DNA of 64,000 nucleotides from Paramoeba atlantica. Its lineage: Eukaryota; Protista; Discosea. Each line of letters starts with the position of its first letter. Position 1 is the first letter of the stretch. The stretch is from NCBI GenBank assembly GCA_977017575.1, contig CDRNVI010000003.1:186001-250000 (forward strand), given 5' to 3'. Position numbers and translations under genes: made by a program. The notes beneath the pieces are model-generated. The model did not search any database and had not been told where the DNA came from. It worked only from the letters and a program-made list of their open reading frames with translations. Below, piece by piece: positions 30,375 through 41,334 of the stretch.

Positions 30375-33050
30375 CTACTGGTTTTGTAGGTCTTCTTTCA
30401 GAGATTCGTCAGATTTGACATTTCGCGCCTCGCCCACTACGTTTTGAGGAATAAGGGAGAAGAATGTATCGTTCAGAGCGGCTCCGGTCACAAGGTAATT
30501 ACCCAGCACTATCCAACCATGTTGCTGCAACCAACAGCACCAGCGGCTACAGGACCAAGTTCCCGGTGAAGAAGTCTCTGTGACCCTGGTGATAATGGGC
30601 ATCAACCGATGAACTGCGGCCTCGTATGCTTCCCTTGTACGAGTTTCTAAAAGAAAGTGCTTTGGATCATCCCCAACAAAACTGTCGAAAATCAGCGGTT
30701 TATTAAGTCCCACGAGGAAATGAAACAGAGTGTGTAGAGAAGCTAGCGGCAAAAAAGCTGCAGTTCGTATTGCAACAATGAAATCAACAGAACTCAAGCG
30801 GTGAAAAGTCTCGGAAGACCCGGTACTCTCTTGGTGGTTGCACATTTCAAGTAAATCCGAAATTCCTACTTCTATGACTTCGGTGCAAGGAGTTGATTCC
30901 CAATGCGTACTATTGTGTGCTTCAACTTGTTTCTGGTATGCTAGAAGCAATCGTTCTACCTCACTTCGGACCGGGTAGGACATTTCTGAACCTTCCGCCA
31001 TTTTAGTGTACACGTCTTGCCCCACAGCAGTAAAATTATAGTTAGGTTCACTACCACGTATTAACAAAATTCGAGCTTTCGTGGCAGTAGCAGGTACTGA
31101 GGTTTCTTGCATCGCCGTCTCTTTCTTTATCTTACTTTGAATGGGATTGCACGCAGATGCCAAAACTTGTGTAGTAGACTTACAACCATTCAACAAATCT
31201 GTTCTGGGAGCTGTTCTAAAGCACAGAGACCGCTCCCGAAAAAAGTTTTGTGGAGATGGGTTTTTCTCATCATATGAAACTTCAGAATCCTCGGTTTGGT
31301 AGTCATACCCATCCTTTAATAACCAATTGTCGTTTTTTACTCGACTTAATTTACTGGCTTGTTCGATTCGCATTTGCCGCACGCGGCGACGTACCTGCTC
31401 CTCAGGTGGCATATCCTTGAAGTACCTTGTTCCACCAAATTCATAGTCCTTAATCTTCACGTTGAGCTTTCGGAGCGACATAGCTGTTTTCGGCATGTTA
31501 AGCTCCACTGCGCACGCACGAAACAGATGAACGGCAAGTGCCCCAAAGAAAGACGTCCGTTGCGCCTTTGTTACTTCGTCTTCAACAAGAATCGCTTTCA
31601 TCATACCGACCGCCACATCGCACAGGTCAAAGAATGCTTTGTTTGTCTCGCCTTTATTATCCCACGTGAAATCAAGTCGATCGGGGTTACGTAAACACAT
31701 TCTTTTCCAGTCCGACGCCACGCTAGTTAAGAATCCATCACGTGAATCCGTCCATAAAGCCATAAGCTCGTCAGGGAGCTTAAACTGCTCAATGTTGGCT
31801 AGAACATCGGGACTCTCTTCAGTAAAAGATGTCTCAGAGAATCCGCTCGTGACATCCTTGCGCGACCCCTCTAACAATTCTTTTTGGCTTTGCACGTCTT
31901 CTGAGGGACGTGGAGCAAGGTGAGGCGTGTTTCTACACCACGCCGGACGATTAACATTCAAAAACTCGTCGAAAAGTGCGTACAAAGCTAAAGACTCCGG
32001 AGAAACATGTATCCTCGCCCAACCAAGCAAAAGAGTTCCAGGCGTCAATGGATCCGCCACCACCTCCTCCGACTTGTTTAAATTTGTTCCATTCTCCGTG
32101 GGCGTTAGCTCCACGTGGACCTTGCCCTTGTGCGCCTCCAATCTTCTTGCGTAGTTCTCCAGGCACGTGGGACCGCCCAAATTCGCACGGTAATAAAACA
32201 CACAAGAGAGACGATGCCAGGAGGACACCAAGGACGGCGGCACCTCGAGCTCCGTATTGCAATGAAAAAAATGAGTGTTAAAAAGCATCATGTCTCGCGG
32301 TCTCAAATCCACGCAAACTTTAAAGTCCGGGAACCCAAGGTAGAGTCCGCCGTACTCCCCGCGCACCACCGAAATCATACCGAGCCCTGCATCAAAGTCC
32401 CCCGCGTCGGTGTGCCGAGCAGTGCGAAACCGCTCATTAATAGTTAATGTGCTAAACACTGTGCCGCGAATCCGCACGAGATCCGGTATGGCTCGATTTT
32501 GTGCCTCCCAGTGTGTCGGACACGCCTGCTGATAAATTCGGTTCGCATACTCCACCAACGGAAACACGGTGGGCCAATCCTTGACATTTTCATCCGTAAA
32601 GGCCGTTTTGCGACATTTGTACTCAATAGGGCTACCGAAGTAGTCATAGTAACCCGCAATTCCGCTAAGGGGGGATTCTCCGCCATACATCCCGGCACGC
32701 AGGGAGGAGCGGGAAGCGGCGGGGGAGAGAATGCGATCTGCAGCGAGAGCGACATATTCGGGATATGCGTCTCGTATCACAACACACACGACCTTGCCAT
32801 TACCATCAAGCAGAGCACAATCGTGCCGGATAATGACAGAGTAGTGGTCTCGATCCACGAAAGGACAGCGTGCGACTGCCTCCTCATAGGTGTATTTCGT
32901 ACAACAGCTTTGTGCTCTACCCCCTTCACCGTCTTTTTCTTCAGACACATTTGATGTTTTTTTACCACGTGTCTTCTTGCTTGGAGGACAGAACAGATGC
33001 GAAACAGAATCCTTGCCTAGCAATCTTGGTTTTTCAAAGGCCGTATTCAT
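30375..33050 (-). CDS. JBP1: J-binding protein 1 (thymine dioxygenase plus J-DNA-binding domain)
   Basis: TET/JBP motifs SGIAGYYD, FSTLTINERFRTARHTDAGD, FHCNTE, RLSCVFYYR; J-binding region LRKLNVKIKDYEFGGTRYFKDMP. Confidence 0.95.
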   Translation of the reverse strand: MNTAFEKPRLLGKDSVSHLFCPPSKKTRGKKTSNVSEEKDGEGGRAQSCCTKYTYEEAVARCPFVDRDHYSVIIRHDCALLDGNGKVVCVVIRDAYPEYVALAADRILSPAASRSSLRAGMYGGESPLSGIAGYYDYFGSPIEYKCRKTAFTDENVKDWPTVFPLVEYANRIYQQACPTHWEAQNRAIPDLVRIRGTVFSTLTINERFRTARHTDAGDFDAGLGMISVVRGEYGGLYLGFPDFKVCVDLRPRDMMLFNTHFFHCNTELEVPPSLVSSWHRLSCVFYYRANLGGPTCLENYARRLEAHKGKVHVELTPTENGTNLNKSEEVVADPLTPGTLLLGWARIHVSPESLALYALFDEFLNVNRPAWCRNTPHLAPRPSEDVQSQKELLEGSRKDVTSGFSETSFTEESPDVLANIEQFKLPDELMALWTDSRDGFLTSVASDWKRMCLRNPDRLDFTWDNKGETNKAFFDLCDVAVGMMKAILVEDEVTKAQRTSFFGALAVHLFRACAVELNMPKTAMSLRKLNVKIKDYEFGGTRYFKDMPPEEQVRRRVRQMRIEQASKLSRVKNDNWLLKDGYDYQTEDSEVSYDEKNPSPQNFFRERSLCFRTAPRTDLLNGCKSTTQVLASACNPIQSKIKKETAMQETSVPATATKARILLIRGSEPNYNFTAVGQDVYTKMAEGSEMSYPVRSEVERLLLAYQKQVEAHNSTHWESTPCTEVIEVGISDLLEMCNHQESTGSSETFHRLSSVDFIVAIRTAAFLPLASLHTLFHFLVGLNKPLIFDSFVGDDPKHFLLETRTREAYEAAVHRLMPIITRVTETSSPGTWSCSRWCCWLQQHGWIVLGNYLVTGAALNDTFFSLIPQNVVGEARNVKSDESLKEDLQNQ

Positions 33051-33407
33051 ATTGGATTAATCGCATTGATCACGCTACTCGCAGTTTTAAAACAATTTAG
33101 TAAAATCAAAAAGAAACTGAGCGCATGTAAAGTGAAAGTGAAAACGCCTTGCTGAGCAAACAATGGGCTACATACGTCGAGGAAGAAACGTAGGACACAA
33201 GGAAGTTTGTGTCCTTTAGCAACATTAAAAAATCAGGTCCCCCAAGAACGACCCGATCAAAATACCTCAAAATACCGAACCGAGCTTATTACAGAGTAAG
33301 TACAGAAATCAATGTGCTAAGATAATACAAGTCATTTTTTGAGTTTCTTTTGGGCCGAAAATAGACTGCATTGAAATTGCTGATTTGCTTCACTCACAAG
33401 TTTGGAA

Positions 33408-34412
33408 TTACGTATCAAAAGTATGCCAAAGATCGGCGTCCAAGGGCGTCCACCACTGCTCCTTAGAAAAGCGTTTTGATTCATTAGATTTCATTTCTCT
33501 GCACAACTCTTCAGGAGGTGAACCCTCGTATGCGTACCATACATTGGAGGCCGTATCCCACCTTGTAATCCTTCCTGGGAGGTCCTTTACCTGTAAAAAT
33601 TGCATAGGCGGATCGTATACACAAATCCTTTTCAACGTTTCTGAAACTTGCGGTTTGTCGACATATACCATAAGTTGGTTCTCAAAAAGCGAAAGAAAAT
33701 AAATCTTCGACAGGTGCGAAATGTCAACATCTCCTTGAAACTGATTCCTTGCAAGGGCTAACTGTCGCATATTCTTAGGCAAGTGCGAGAAATTTAGCAC
33801 CCCTGTAAAAGAGTTGTTGTGCAAAGACAAAGTTTCTAACTCTTGCGGAAGGAATCCCAAGTCAAGCTCCCCATTTAGTCTGTTGTGGTCCAAAAAAAGC
33901 TGCGATAGAGTAGGGGGAAGTGATCCAAAAAAGATAGTACCTGAAAAATCGTTTCCATCTAGCAACAAATCTTTCATCATAGGAGGCAGCGTAGTCAAGT
34001 CAAGCTTTCCGGCGCACTGATTGAATCTGACCCAAAAATGCTTCATTGCACGTGGAAGCTCGCCTAAGATAATTTCCCCACTTAATAGATTGTAATCTAG
34101 ATAAGCTCGCTCGAGTTTTTCAGCGGCAAGTCCGATACTTATGGGCCCGGTCAGGAAATTATGTTCTAACCGGATCTTTTGCACCGTGTTAGGAAGAAAC
34201 TCAAAAAACATTTGTCCCTTTATACCCCGATGCCTCCAATTGAGTTCAAAAACGTTACTGTTATGGTCCAGGCGAACACCCATCCAATGTGCAGCAGAAT
34301 TTTCTATTTTCCAAGAAATATCTGGGTTGGAGACATTCACAATAAGACGAGCAAGGTGATATTCCGGAGCAAGAATCGATTTATGTACTTTGGATGCTCG
34401 AACAGTAGACAT
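33408..34412 (-). CDS. Leucine-rich repeat protein
   Basis: HWMGVRL cap and about 9 LPxxLxxLxLxxNxFxG repeats. Confidence 0.88.
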   Translation of the reverse strand: MSTVRASKVHKSILAPEYHLARLIVNVSNPDISWKIENSAAHWMGVRLDHNSNVFELNWRHRGIKGQMFFEFLPNTVQKIRLEHNFLTGPISIGLAAEKLERAYLDYNLLSGEIILGELPRAMKHFWVRFNQCAGKLDLTTLPPMMKDLLLDGNDFSGTIFFGSLPPTLSQLFLDHNRLNGELDLGFLPQELETLSLHNNSFTGVLNFSHLPKNMRQLALARNQFQGDVDISHLSKIYFLSLFENQLMVYVDKPQVSETLKRICVYDPPMQFLQVKDLPGRITRWDTASNVWYAYEGSPPEELCREMKSNESKRFSKEQWWTPLDADLWHTFDT

Positions 34413-35174
34413 TTAACTGGTTAATAGTGAAAAAAAGGTACTTTAAATTCTTTGCATGATAGTGAAAAAAACCGATCGGTGCTTTAACATACAGTGAGAA
34501 CAAGTGTACGGCGATGTTCAGCGACATGTACCCACTACAGGTCTTGTATTTTGCTCTATTTCGGAATGTACATTTGTGTAAATGTAAATCTATTTTGCAT
34601 GCTACCGTTGTTCGGCCTAATCATTCCGAATCCGCCGTCCTTTTCACTCAAAAATCTGTATCAATGGTACAACGTGATACATTCAGGTGTTTAGAGTGTA
34701 TAAAACATTAGAACATTCTGACATAGCTACAATAAAAATTTTTGTAATAATAATTATTAATATTGTTAATAATTCAATATGCATTTACACGAGGGGCTGC
34801 GAGTGACACATGAGGAGCCCCTCGCACGTAGACATATGGTCGGCGTCATTTGCAGCAGTATGATGGCAGCACCAGGGAAGACCGCGAGATCCAGAAAGCT
34901 CATTTTCGTTGCGACACATCATACAAATACAGAGTTTGGTATTTCCCGGCCCTCGATATCAGCACTCCACAAGGAGTTGTTGTTGGTACAGCACATTTAC
35001 CTGCGTCAGGCGCAGGCTCCTACTTTCCGCGTAGGTTGAGGTGCATATAGTGATGCTCGAAGCATTAGCATCGACTCCATAAGGAGATCCCCATCAATGC
35101 TCCTTTTCGGCATGAAAATATTGTTTGATACAAAATTAAGGGCGAGAAATCTGAGTGTAAAAGCCCAATAATTT

Positions 35175-35285
35175 CTTTTTTAGGCTCTTCGTTAAACGCG
35201 GTGGTTGCTTTCAACTTAGAAGTCACTCATGCTGCGCGCTTCGCGTTGAAAACTACCGCCGCGTTTAACGAAGAGCCTAAAAAAG
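35175..35285. repeat. Foldback / MITE-like element with 27-bp perfect inverted repeat
   Basis: CTTTTTTAGGCTCTTCGTTAAACGCGG at 35175-35201 and its reverse complement at 35259-35285. Confidence 0.8.
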
Positions 35286-35629
35286 AAAATTTAACCTGGA
35301 AAACGGAAAGATTATAGCCAAAAATAGCCGAATTTCGGGTACAAATGGGGTCATTTTCGCATATTTTTGCTCTCAGAGCACTAAATCCGACATTTGCGTG
35401 TGGGAAATCACTCGCAGGCATGAATGAAAGCCTACCGAACGTATTCGGTAAAGAATACGACTCCAACCATACCATTCTTTCGACACAAAAATGCCCCTTT
35501 AGGTCCGAAAAATACTTTTTCACCTTTTTTAGTCAAAAATGTGTCATTTTGAGGGGCGCACCACGGTTCGAAGAAGTGATACCTTGCGAAAACAACTGCG
35601 TAGAAAGCTAGTGTAGGTCCCAAACTATC

Positions 35630-36075
35630 AAAATACAATAGGGGAAACGATTTTGGAAAAATATTTTTTTTGTCATTTTTTTCGCCAAGTTGAATTTTTT
35701 TTCAAAAAACATTTTCCGAAAAAATCCGAACTTGGCGGACCCGTCATGCGGATACGCGGGGGGGTCACCCCCGGGTAGGGGGGTGGAAAATACGCGCCAA
35801 GACCCCGGCTACCCTTTCTGCGGTTTTTTTTCGAAAACTAATTTTTTCGAAAAAATTTGCTCGACCATGCCCCCCCCCCTGGACCCCCCCCCTGGACCCC
35901 CCCCATGGACCCCCCATTTTTTTCAAATTTTTTTTTCAGTTTTGGTCCACCGGAGCCCCCTTTTAAATTTTTTTCTTCTATTATATTACTGTGTTCCTCT
36001 TTATATTTTCACTGTTTTTGTTCACTTTTTTTTCAATAATCGAGTGTAGAGCGGTAGTTTTACAACCACCGCAAT
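35630..36075. mobile_element. Non-coding transposon-end-like segment
   Basis: Homopolymer-rich, GGACCCCCC repeated about 4 times; 35980-36075 recurs inverted at about 54564-54670. Confidence 0.45.
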
Positions 36076-36166
36076 AATTTATTAATAATCTATTAATAAT
36101 AATTATTATTACCGAACTGAATTATTAATAATCCTGCAGCTATGCATTCTGATCCTTACGAAATGA

Positions 36167-37000
36167 CTAGAGTTTCACATTCTCTGGAACATTCCCTTCT
36201 ACACGTAGCTCCGCGTTCCTCGAGATATCCAAATGCATTAAGTGTGGGAGATTCAATGGAAACACTACACAGCCTACGAAACAATTTTCACCCAGAATCA
36301 GTGTTCGCAGAGAAGGAGGCAAGCCACTAAAATCCAAGTTCCCCGAAAAACGGTTTTTACTAAGAGAGAGCTCTTGCAGTTCAATGGGTAGATGATTCAA
36401 CTGTATCGGACCGGTGAAAGCATTATTATCCAAGTAAACCCACTGCGCGAATGGTGGAAGTGTTGAAAGCAACAGTTCATCGGAGAACTCATTCTGTGAT
36501 GCCTGTATCTCTCTCAAATACCGCGGAAGTCCATTCAGTATCAGTGGCCCGTTTAATCTATTGGCGCGTACACTCAATCTTTTCAACCATGGAGGAAGCC
36601 CGGCGACGTGCAAGGGTCCCGTAAACAAATTCTCATCCAAGAGAAGACTCTGTAGCATCCGTGGGAGACATTCCGTGACAACGGGCCCTTGTAATTTATT
36701 TCCGCGTACAGTTTCTGTGCCCAGACTGAGCAACGTGAGTGTCTCAGGCAGGAACCTCCACTCAGGGACACCGCGAAGACTTCGGCCCTGCCACTGGATT
36801 TTGTTTACCTCTTCCTGCTCGTCCAGGGAACAGCTTACCCCGTCCCACGAACAGGCATGGGTGTGGATCTGCCACGTGGCATGTCGCGGGGTGATATGCT
36901 CTAGAAACCGATCCAACTGGTATTGAGGGGGGAGAGTGGCGGTTCGTATTCGGGCTCGTCGGGTGGGATCCGACGCGAGGGCCGTGTAGGCATGCGGCAT
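36167..37000 (-). CDS. Leucine-rich repeat protein
   Basis: RARIRTATLPPQ..CSWDGVSC cap and LRRs. Confidence 0.88.
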   Translation of the reverse strand: MPHAYTALASDPTRRARIRTATLPPQYQLDRFLEHITPRHATWQIHTHACSWDGVSCSLDEQEEVNKIQWQGRSLRGVPEWRFLPETLTLLSLGTETVRGNKLQGPVVTECLPRMLQSLLLDENLFTGPLHVAGLPPWLKRLSVRANRLNGPLILNGLPRYLREIQASQNEFSDELLLSTLPPFAQWVYLDNNAFTGPIQLNHLPIELQELSLSKNRFSGNLDFSGLPPSLRTLILGENCFVGCVVFPLNLPHLMHLDISRNAELRVEGNVPENVKL

Positions 37001-37170
37001 AATAAGTAAGAAAAACAGTTAAATCTTGCACCATAATTGCTTCGGTTCTACGGAACACGAATAAATGCATCGGTTGCATGTTACATTAAATCATTACATA
37101 ATGTAAAGATTTTTTATTATTCCATAGTTCGTACAGTATCTTTAACTGGATAGGTATTCATTAAAATCGA

Positions 37171-37275
37171 TACTTCCCCCCCCGTTTAAGGGCACCTGAT
37201 GCTTCGCAAAAAGCAAACTTAAGTGGGGAGAGCTTCCCGGGGGCGCTTAAAATTTAGTACGCGCGGGACAAAGTA
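37171..37275. mobile_element. MITE-like relic of the CCCCGTTTAAGNGCACC family
   Basis: TACTTCCCCCCCCGTTTAAGGGCACC resembles 58830 TACTGTCCCGCCCCGTTTAAGCGCACC. Confidence 0.45.
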
Positions 37276-37353
37276 CTCCCCGTCTAATGTAAAAGGGGAA
37301 CGCAAAATCAATAAACACATTCATGCAGCATATCTAGGTTCAACTCAGAAGTC

Positions 37354-38166
37354 TCATGGAAGTTGCGCGCCCCAATGAATTCCATGAGGCACAGCTCCAG
37401 GAGGGGTATATCCCGAAAAATTATTCATTCCAAGGTGAACTCTTAGAAAACGTGGGTCCAATCGTTTTCCACCCTTACGTTTTACACGGGGCGGTGATGG
37501 ACCGTACTCGCTAAGATCCCCTGAGTTCCTTACATGCATCCAACTGAAATCCACTGTACCATGAAAAAAATTGCGCTGTAGGTCGAGTCGACGCAACTTT
37601 TTCGGGAGTCTTTCCGTCAATTCGATATTACCAGTCAAAAAATTAGAAGACAAGTTGACAAAAACCATATTTGTCGGCAAAGTATTTAGGTCAATGGCTC
37701 CGCCAAATTGATTATTAGACAAGTCTATGTAGTTCATATGAGGGGGAAGCGAGTTTAACGCAATTGGCCCATTGTGTTGGTTGTTTCTGATATCTAAATT
37801 TTGCAATTCTGAGGGGAGAAATGTAAGATCAATACCACCTCCAAGCTCTTGATCAGGAACAGAGATAAGTTGTACGGTTTGGGGGAGATAAGTCCAGGAA
37901 AGATTACCCTGCATGGTATAATGCGGAAAATAACCCCATTCCAGAGAGCGCACTACTTGATTCTCATCACATGTTGTTCCTTTCCACGTACAGGGTGAAA
38001 CGTTCAGAGTGCGGAAGAAGCTACGTTTTGTCAACCTCCATGTTGGGTGACGACCCTTCAAGTTTTCCGTGAATTGCCATAGCGCAGCCTCTTGCGGAAG
38101 TAGAGACGCATCGACACGTCCGCGACGTACATCAGAGCCATCGTCAAGACTTCTCACAAACAACAT
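37354..38166 (-). CDS. Leucine-rich repeat protein (intact paralogue of the fragmented copy at 40.8-45.3 kb)
   Basis: RRGRVDASLLPQE..CTWKGTTC cap and LRRs. Confidence 0.88.
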   Translation of the reverse strand: MLFVRSLDDGSDVRRGRVDASLLPQEAALWQFTENLKGRHPTWRLTKRSFFRTLNVSPCTWKGTTCDENQVVRSLEWGYFPHYTMQGNLSWTYLPQTVQLISVPDQELGGGIDLTFLPSELQNLDIRNNQHNGPIALNSLPPHMNYIDLSNNQFGGAIDLNTLPTNMVFVNLSSNFLTGNIELTERLPKKLRRLDLQRNFFHGTVDFSWMHVRNSGDLSEYGPSPPRVKRKGGKRLDPRFLRVHLGMNNFSGYTPPGAVPHGIHWGAQLP

Positions 38167-38333
38167 AGAAACGTTATTTCACGAAGGAAAGATGTCAATG
38201 TTGGCTAAGAGTGAAGTGTTCATTGAAAAAAATGGAAATTTTGCCTTAATTTAATTAAAGCAAAATGAATTTACTCTTGTTCTGTTTCTTGGTTGAAGCA
38301 ATACAGTTTCTGTATTGCTCTGTGGTTTGAAGC

Positions 38334-38876
38334 AAGATACAGTTTCTGCACCTTGTTGGTACTTTTTCCTTAGTTAATCCTTTCTTTCCCCGGCAACGGG
38401 CATACTCTTACTGTATTTTTATGCCCGTTGACGGCCGGCACTAAGGTCGGAACTGTCCCTCTTGTCGCTGAAGCAGGGGACGCGCCTTCACCCCTCCCCG
38501 ACTCACTCCCCTGGAGTGAGTGTGCTTCCCCTTCTCGGCTTTCTTCGACTTTTTTCCTCTCCGAGAGGGCTATGCGTCACGGTGGCCTCCCTTGAGGACC
38601 ACTAGACGTGTCCTCCGCCGACGAGACTCTCGGCTCTCTGCACCTGGCGGTCACCCAGCTCTCCGCACCTCGGCTCTGTCGCAGCTCTCTGCACCCGGAT
38701 TGCCCCCGAAACTGTAATGTGGGGATTACGCATCCGGCTCTCTGCACCTGGGACGCCAGCTCTCCGCACCCGTACACCTCCGGCGAGGACGAAACCTCAC
38801 ATGATCCACCCGTCGTATGCGGGATAAGGAAACAAACAACACAATAAAACAAACAACATAAAACAAACAACACAAT
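38334..38876 (+). mobile_element. SL-exon-headed structured repeat, copy B, with A/C-rich tail
   Basis: Starts AAGATACAGTTTCTGCACCTTGTTG|GTAC; near-identical inverted copy at 44076-44610; five internal CTCTC(T/C)GCACC motifs; AAACAAACAAC-type tail at 38831-38876. Confidence 0.85.
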
Positions 38877-39007
38877 ATCTTATGAATATAAAATTTCCTA
38901 ATCCGAACCTAAGAGAATGGTATCGTTTTAGAAACTAACCCACTCACTACATTGGGCACTAGGAAAGAATATTCAAATTTCTAGTTGTGCACGACTTGCT
39001 ATTCAAT

Positions 39008-39844
39008 TCAATACGTCTCTTGCAGTATGAGCTTCAGAAATGCAAGTAGATCCTCCTCCTCAGCGGGACACGTGCTGTGATCCAAACCTTGATAGCTCTG
39101 AAACTTTACGGCTTTTAGACCATACGTCTGACGCAGCTCCGTGACAGAGGCCGTACTCCAGGCAAGAGGAATCACACCATCACAAGTACCGTGCGCAATC
39201 CATACGGGCGTGTCACAAACAGATGAGGGCATCGGGAGAACCCGACCCATTTCCTTCGCGAACGGAGCAACTGCCGCACGCCCCGCAAGGTACCCACTAA
39301 GTGCCACAACCCCAGCAAGCGGAGGAGAGGACGTTAATAGGGTAAACAAACTCAACGCGGCGCCCTGACTAAACCCCCCAAGCACGATCTTCGGCGGGCC
39401 CTCTCCAGATTTCGCCCGTACGGCGGCCTCGCGTTCGACCAAATCGGTTAGGTATAACGAGGAGAGGGTGAGGGATTCAACATCCTCACGAGCGCTCACG
39501 TCCAGCCCATGGATGTCGTACCATGCAGGCATGATGGCACCCCCGTTGAGTGTGACCGCCCGCGAGGGGGCCGTGGGGCAAACGAACCGCACATGGGGGA
39601 GGGAGAGACTGAGTTGTCGCATGAAGGGCGTCCACCCCGCGCCCGTGTCGCCGAGACCATGGGCAAAGATAAACGTAGCGCGGTGGGAGTCGGTGGGCTC
39701 CACAACGTGTGGGGTACCAAAGTGGGTTGTGAAGCCTTCGCGCACCCGGGAGCGGAGTTCGCTTTTTTCTACACACCCAGCGGAGGTTAGATTCATCGCG
39801 TGCAGCAGGGCTTGTAAACGAGCCGTGCTTAAAGTCTGAAGCAT
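39008..39844 (-). CDS. Acyl-protein thioesterase / lysophospholipase (alpha/beta hydrolase)
   Basis: HGLGDTGAGW, MPAWYDI, GGFSQGA nucleophile elbow, HGTCDGVIP, LDHST. Confidence 0.92.
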   Translation of the reverse strand: MLQTLSTARLQALLHAMNLTSAGCVEKSELRSRVREGFTTHFGTPHVVEPTDSHRATFIFAHGLGDTGAGWTPFMRQLSLSLPHVRFVCPTAPSRAVTLNGGAIMPAWYDIHGLDVSAREDVESLTLSSLYLTDLVEREAAVRAKSGEGPPKIVLGGFSQGAALSLFTLLTSSPPLAGVVALSGYLAGRAAVAPFAKEMGRVLPMPSSVCDTPVWIAHGTCDGVIPLAWSTASVTELRQTYGLKAVKFQSYQGLDHSTCPAEEEDLLAFLKLILQETY

Positions 39845-40138
39845 GGAAGAAAGAAAGCGGGGAAATGGCTATGAAGTACGCGGAAACACGTTTCCAAAGA
39901 AATCGAATAAAAATCGACCTAGGCTTGACTAAAAGAGTTGTACCGCACCCTATTATAAAACAAACAATGCGTTTATCAAAGAGATAGGATATATTTGGGT
40001 AAACATGTCATGTTTCGGTGCAGCTGTAAATTGTAAAAATGGCCTAGCAGCTTTAAACTGATTGTATGATAGACAAGTATTATAGACAACTCATTCTACT
40101 CAACAGTAAGATAACAAATACTTGGTGCAAGTTTGATG

Positions 40139-40576
40139 TCATTTACTCATTGTGCTCAAAAGTGCTATTTCCCAAATCGAAGCCGTTCTACTAAGATTGA
40201 GACGAGATTGGGTAAGAGTTCTAATTTTACTTGTCAAAAGTAGAGCATCTCTGTCATCTTCGATTTTCTTGCAGACATTTAAAGCGCCAATCATGAGACG
40301 ATATACGTCGGTATCGTTTCGCAAAAAAATCGCGATGAGAAAATGCACCAGCGAACGTCGAAAAAATCCCAGTGATAAAAACAACTCTGCGGAGTATCCG
40401 TGATAGTGCGCATTGTAGGGCTGATGTAAGTTCAACAATTCCATATCAGCAATAGGCTTCATGCGTTTTAGTGACAAATCGGACAACAACAGCTGAATAT
40501 CGTGCGCTGTGCTCATCTCAATCATATTTTCAGCGAGTTCCAAATGTTGAGATCGCGTTATCTTTTCTGCAAGCAT
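40139..40576 (-). CDS. Small hypothetical helical (TPR-like?) protein
   Basis: 145-aa coding-strand ORF; weak support only. Confidence 0.4.
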   Translation of the reverse strand: MLAEKITRSQHLELAENMIEMSTAHDIQLLLSDLSLKRMKPIADMELLNLHQPYNAHYHGYSAELFLSLGFFRRSLVHFLIAIFLRNDTDVYRLMIGALNVCKKIEDDRDALLLTSKIRTLTQSRLNLSRTASIWEIALLSTMSK

Positions 40577-40846
40577 TTTTTTTGTACGCAGTAACCGTAG
40601 TCACAGTGTTGAAGACTAAATTAAAAACATCAGCATTTGTTTTGTTTTGTTTTGTGAATATGAGGTCCGGAGACAAGAAGGGCTATGTAGCACCTTCGAT
40701 GAATATTCATCAAAAGTGCGGCACCTTCAATGAACGCTCATCGAAGGTACTACGTACCCACAAGAAAAAATGACGTAAATGGACGCGTTATTTTAAAGGC
40801 AAAAATTATGTGGAATTTACTGTTTCCACATTCAAATCAGAAGTTA

Positions 40847-41110
40847 CTAAAAATCTGAACAATAAAAAATCCTGGGAAAAATCCCAGGAGGTGCGTATCC
40901 CGTAAAATTATTCCTTCCAAGATAAGCATTTAGAAGACGTGGGTCCAATCCATTTCCACACTTACGCTTTTCAGGGGGCGGCGATGGACCGTACTCGCTA
41001 AGATTCTCTCCATTCCTTTCATGTATCCAACTCAGATTCACGATTCCACAAAAATCATTGCGCTGTAGGTCGAGTCGACGCAGCGGCTTTGGGAGGTTAC
41101 CGGCGAATTT
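40847..41110 (-). pseudogene. LRR pseudogene, C-terminal fragment
   Basis: LRRLDLQRNDFCGIVNLSWIH..LSEYGPSPP..LDPRLL..GRNNFTGYAPPG closely matches the C-terminus of 37354..38166. Confidence 0.85.
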
Positions 41111-41334
41111 CGTTGAGTTTCCTCTTCTTCTTCTTCTTCGTTGAGTACTCAACGAACGGGATTCCGATTTCTGAAGTCATAAGAACTGCGGAGTGCGCGC
41201 ACTGAACCTATGTCTGCCACTTCCGCAGGATCGTGTATTATATTTTTTGACTATAAAATATCTCCATTTTTCCTTACGATAAAATGACATTTCTTTTGGT
41301 ATCTCTCTGCTTTTCTTCTTTTGCTATGGAACTC

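Noticed and set aside
34779-35130. Plus-strand ORF fragments next to the foldback repeat (similarly 54860-55200 and 59750-60260)
   Set aside because: Interrupted, with no recognisable domain. Probably TE-internal debris, but this cannot be supported.
36706-36722. Extra SL-like match (TACAGTTTCTGT)
   Set aside because: It lies inside an intact LRR CDS (codons for GTETV), is short and lacks the CCTTGTTG end; chance match.
38320-38460. Intact functional SL RNA gene
   Set aside because: The 39 nt upstream of the donor do not begin with an AAC(T/C)AA-type cap sequence, and other copies are fused to LRR sequence at that point. It is reported as an SL-derived repeat instead.
38620-38775. CRISPR-like array (CTCTC(T/C)GCACC repeats with variable spacers)
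   Set aside because: Repeats are about 11 bp with ~15-bp or irregular spacers, in a eukaryotic context with no cas genes. It is an internal minisatellite.
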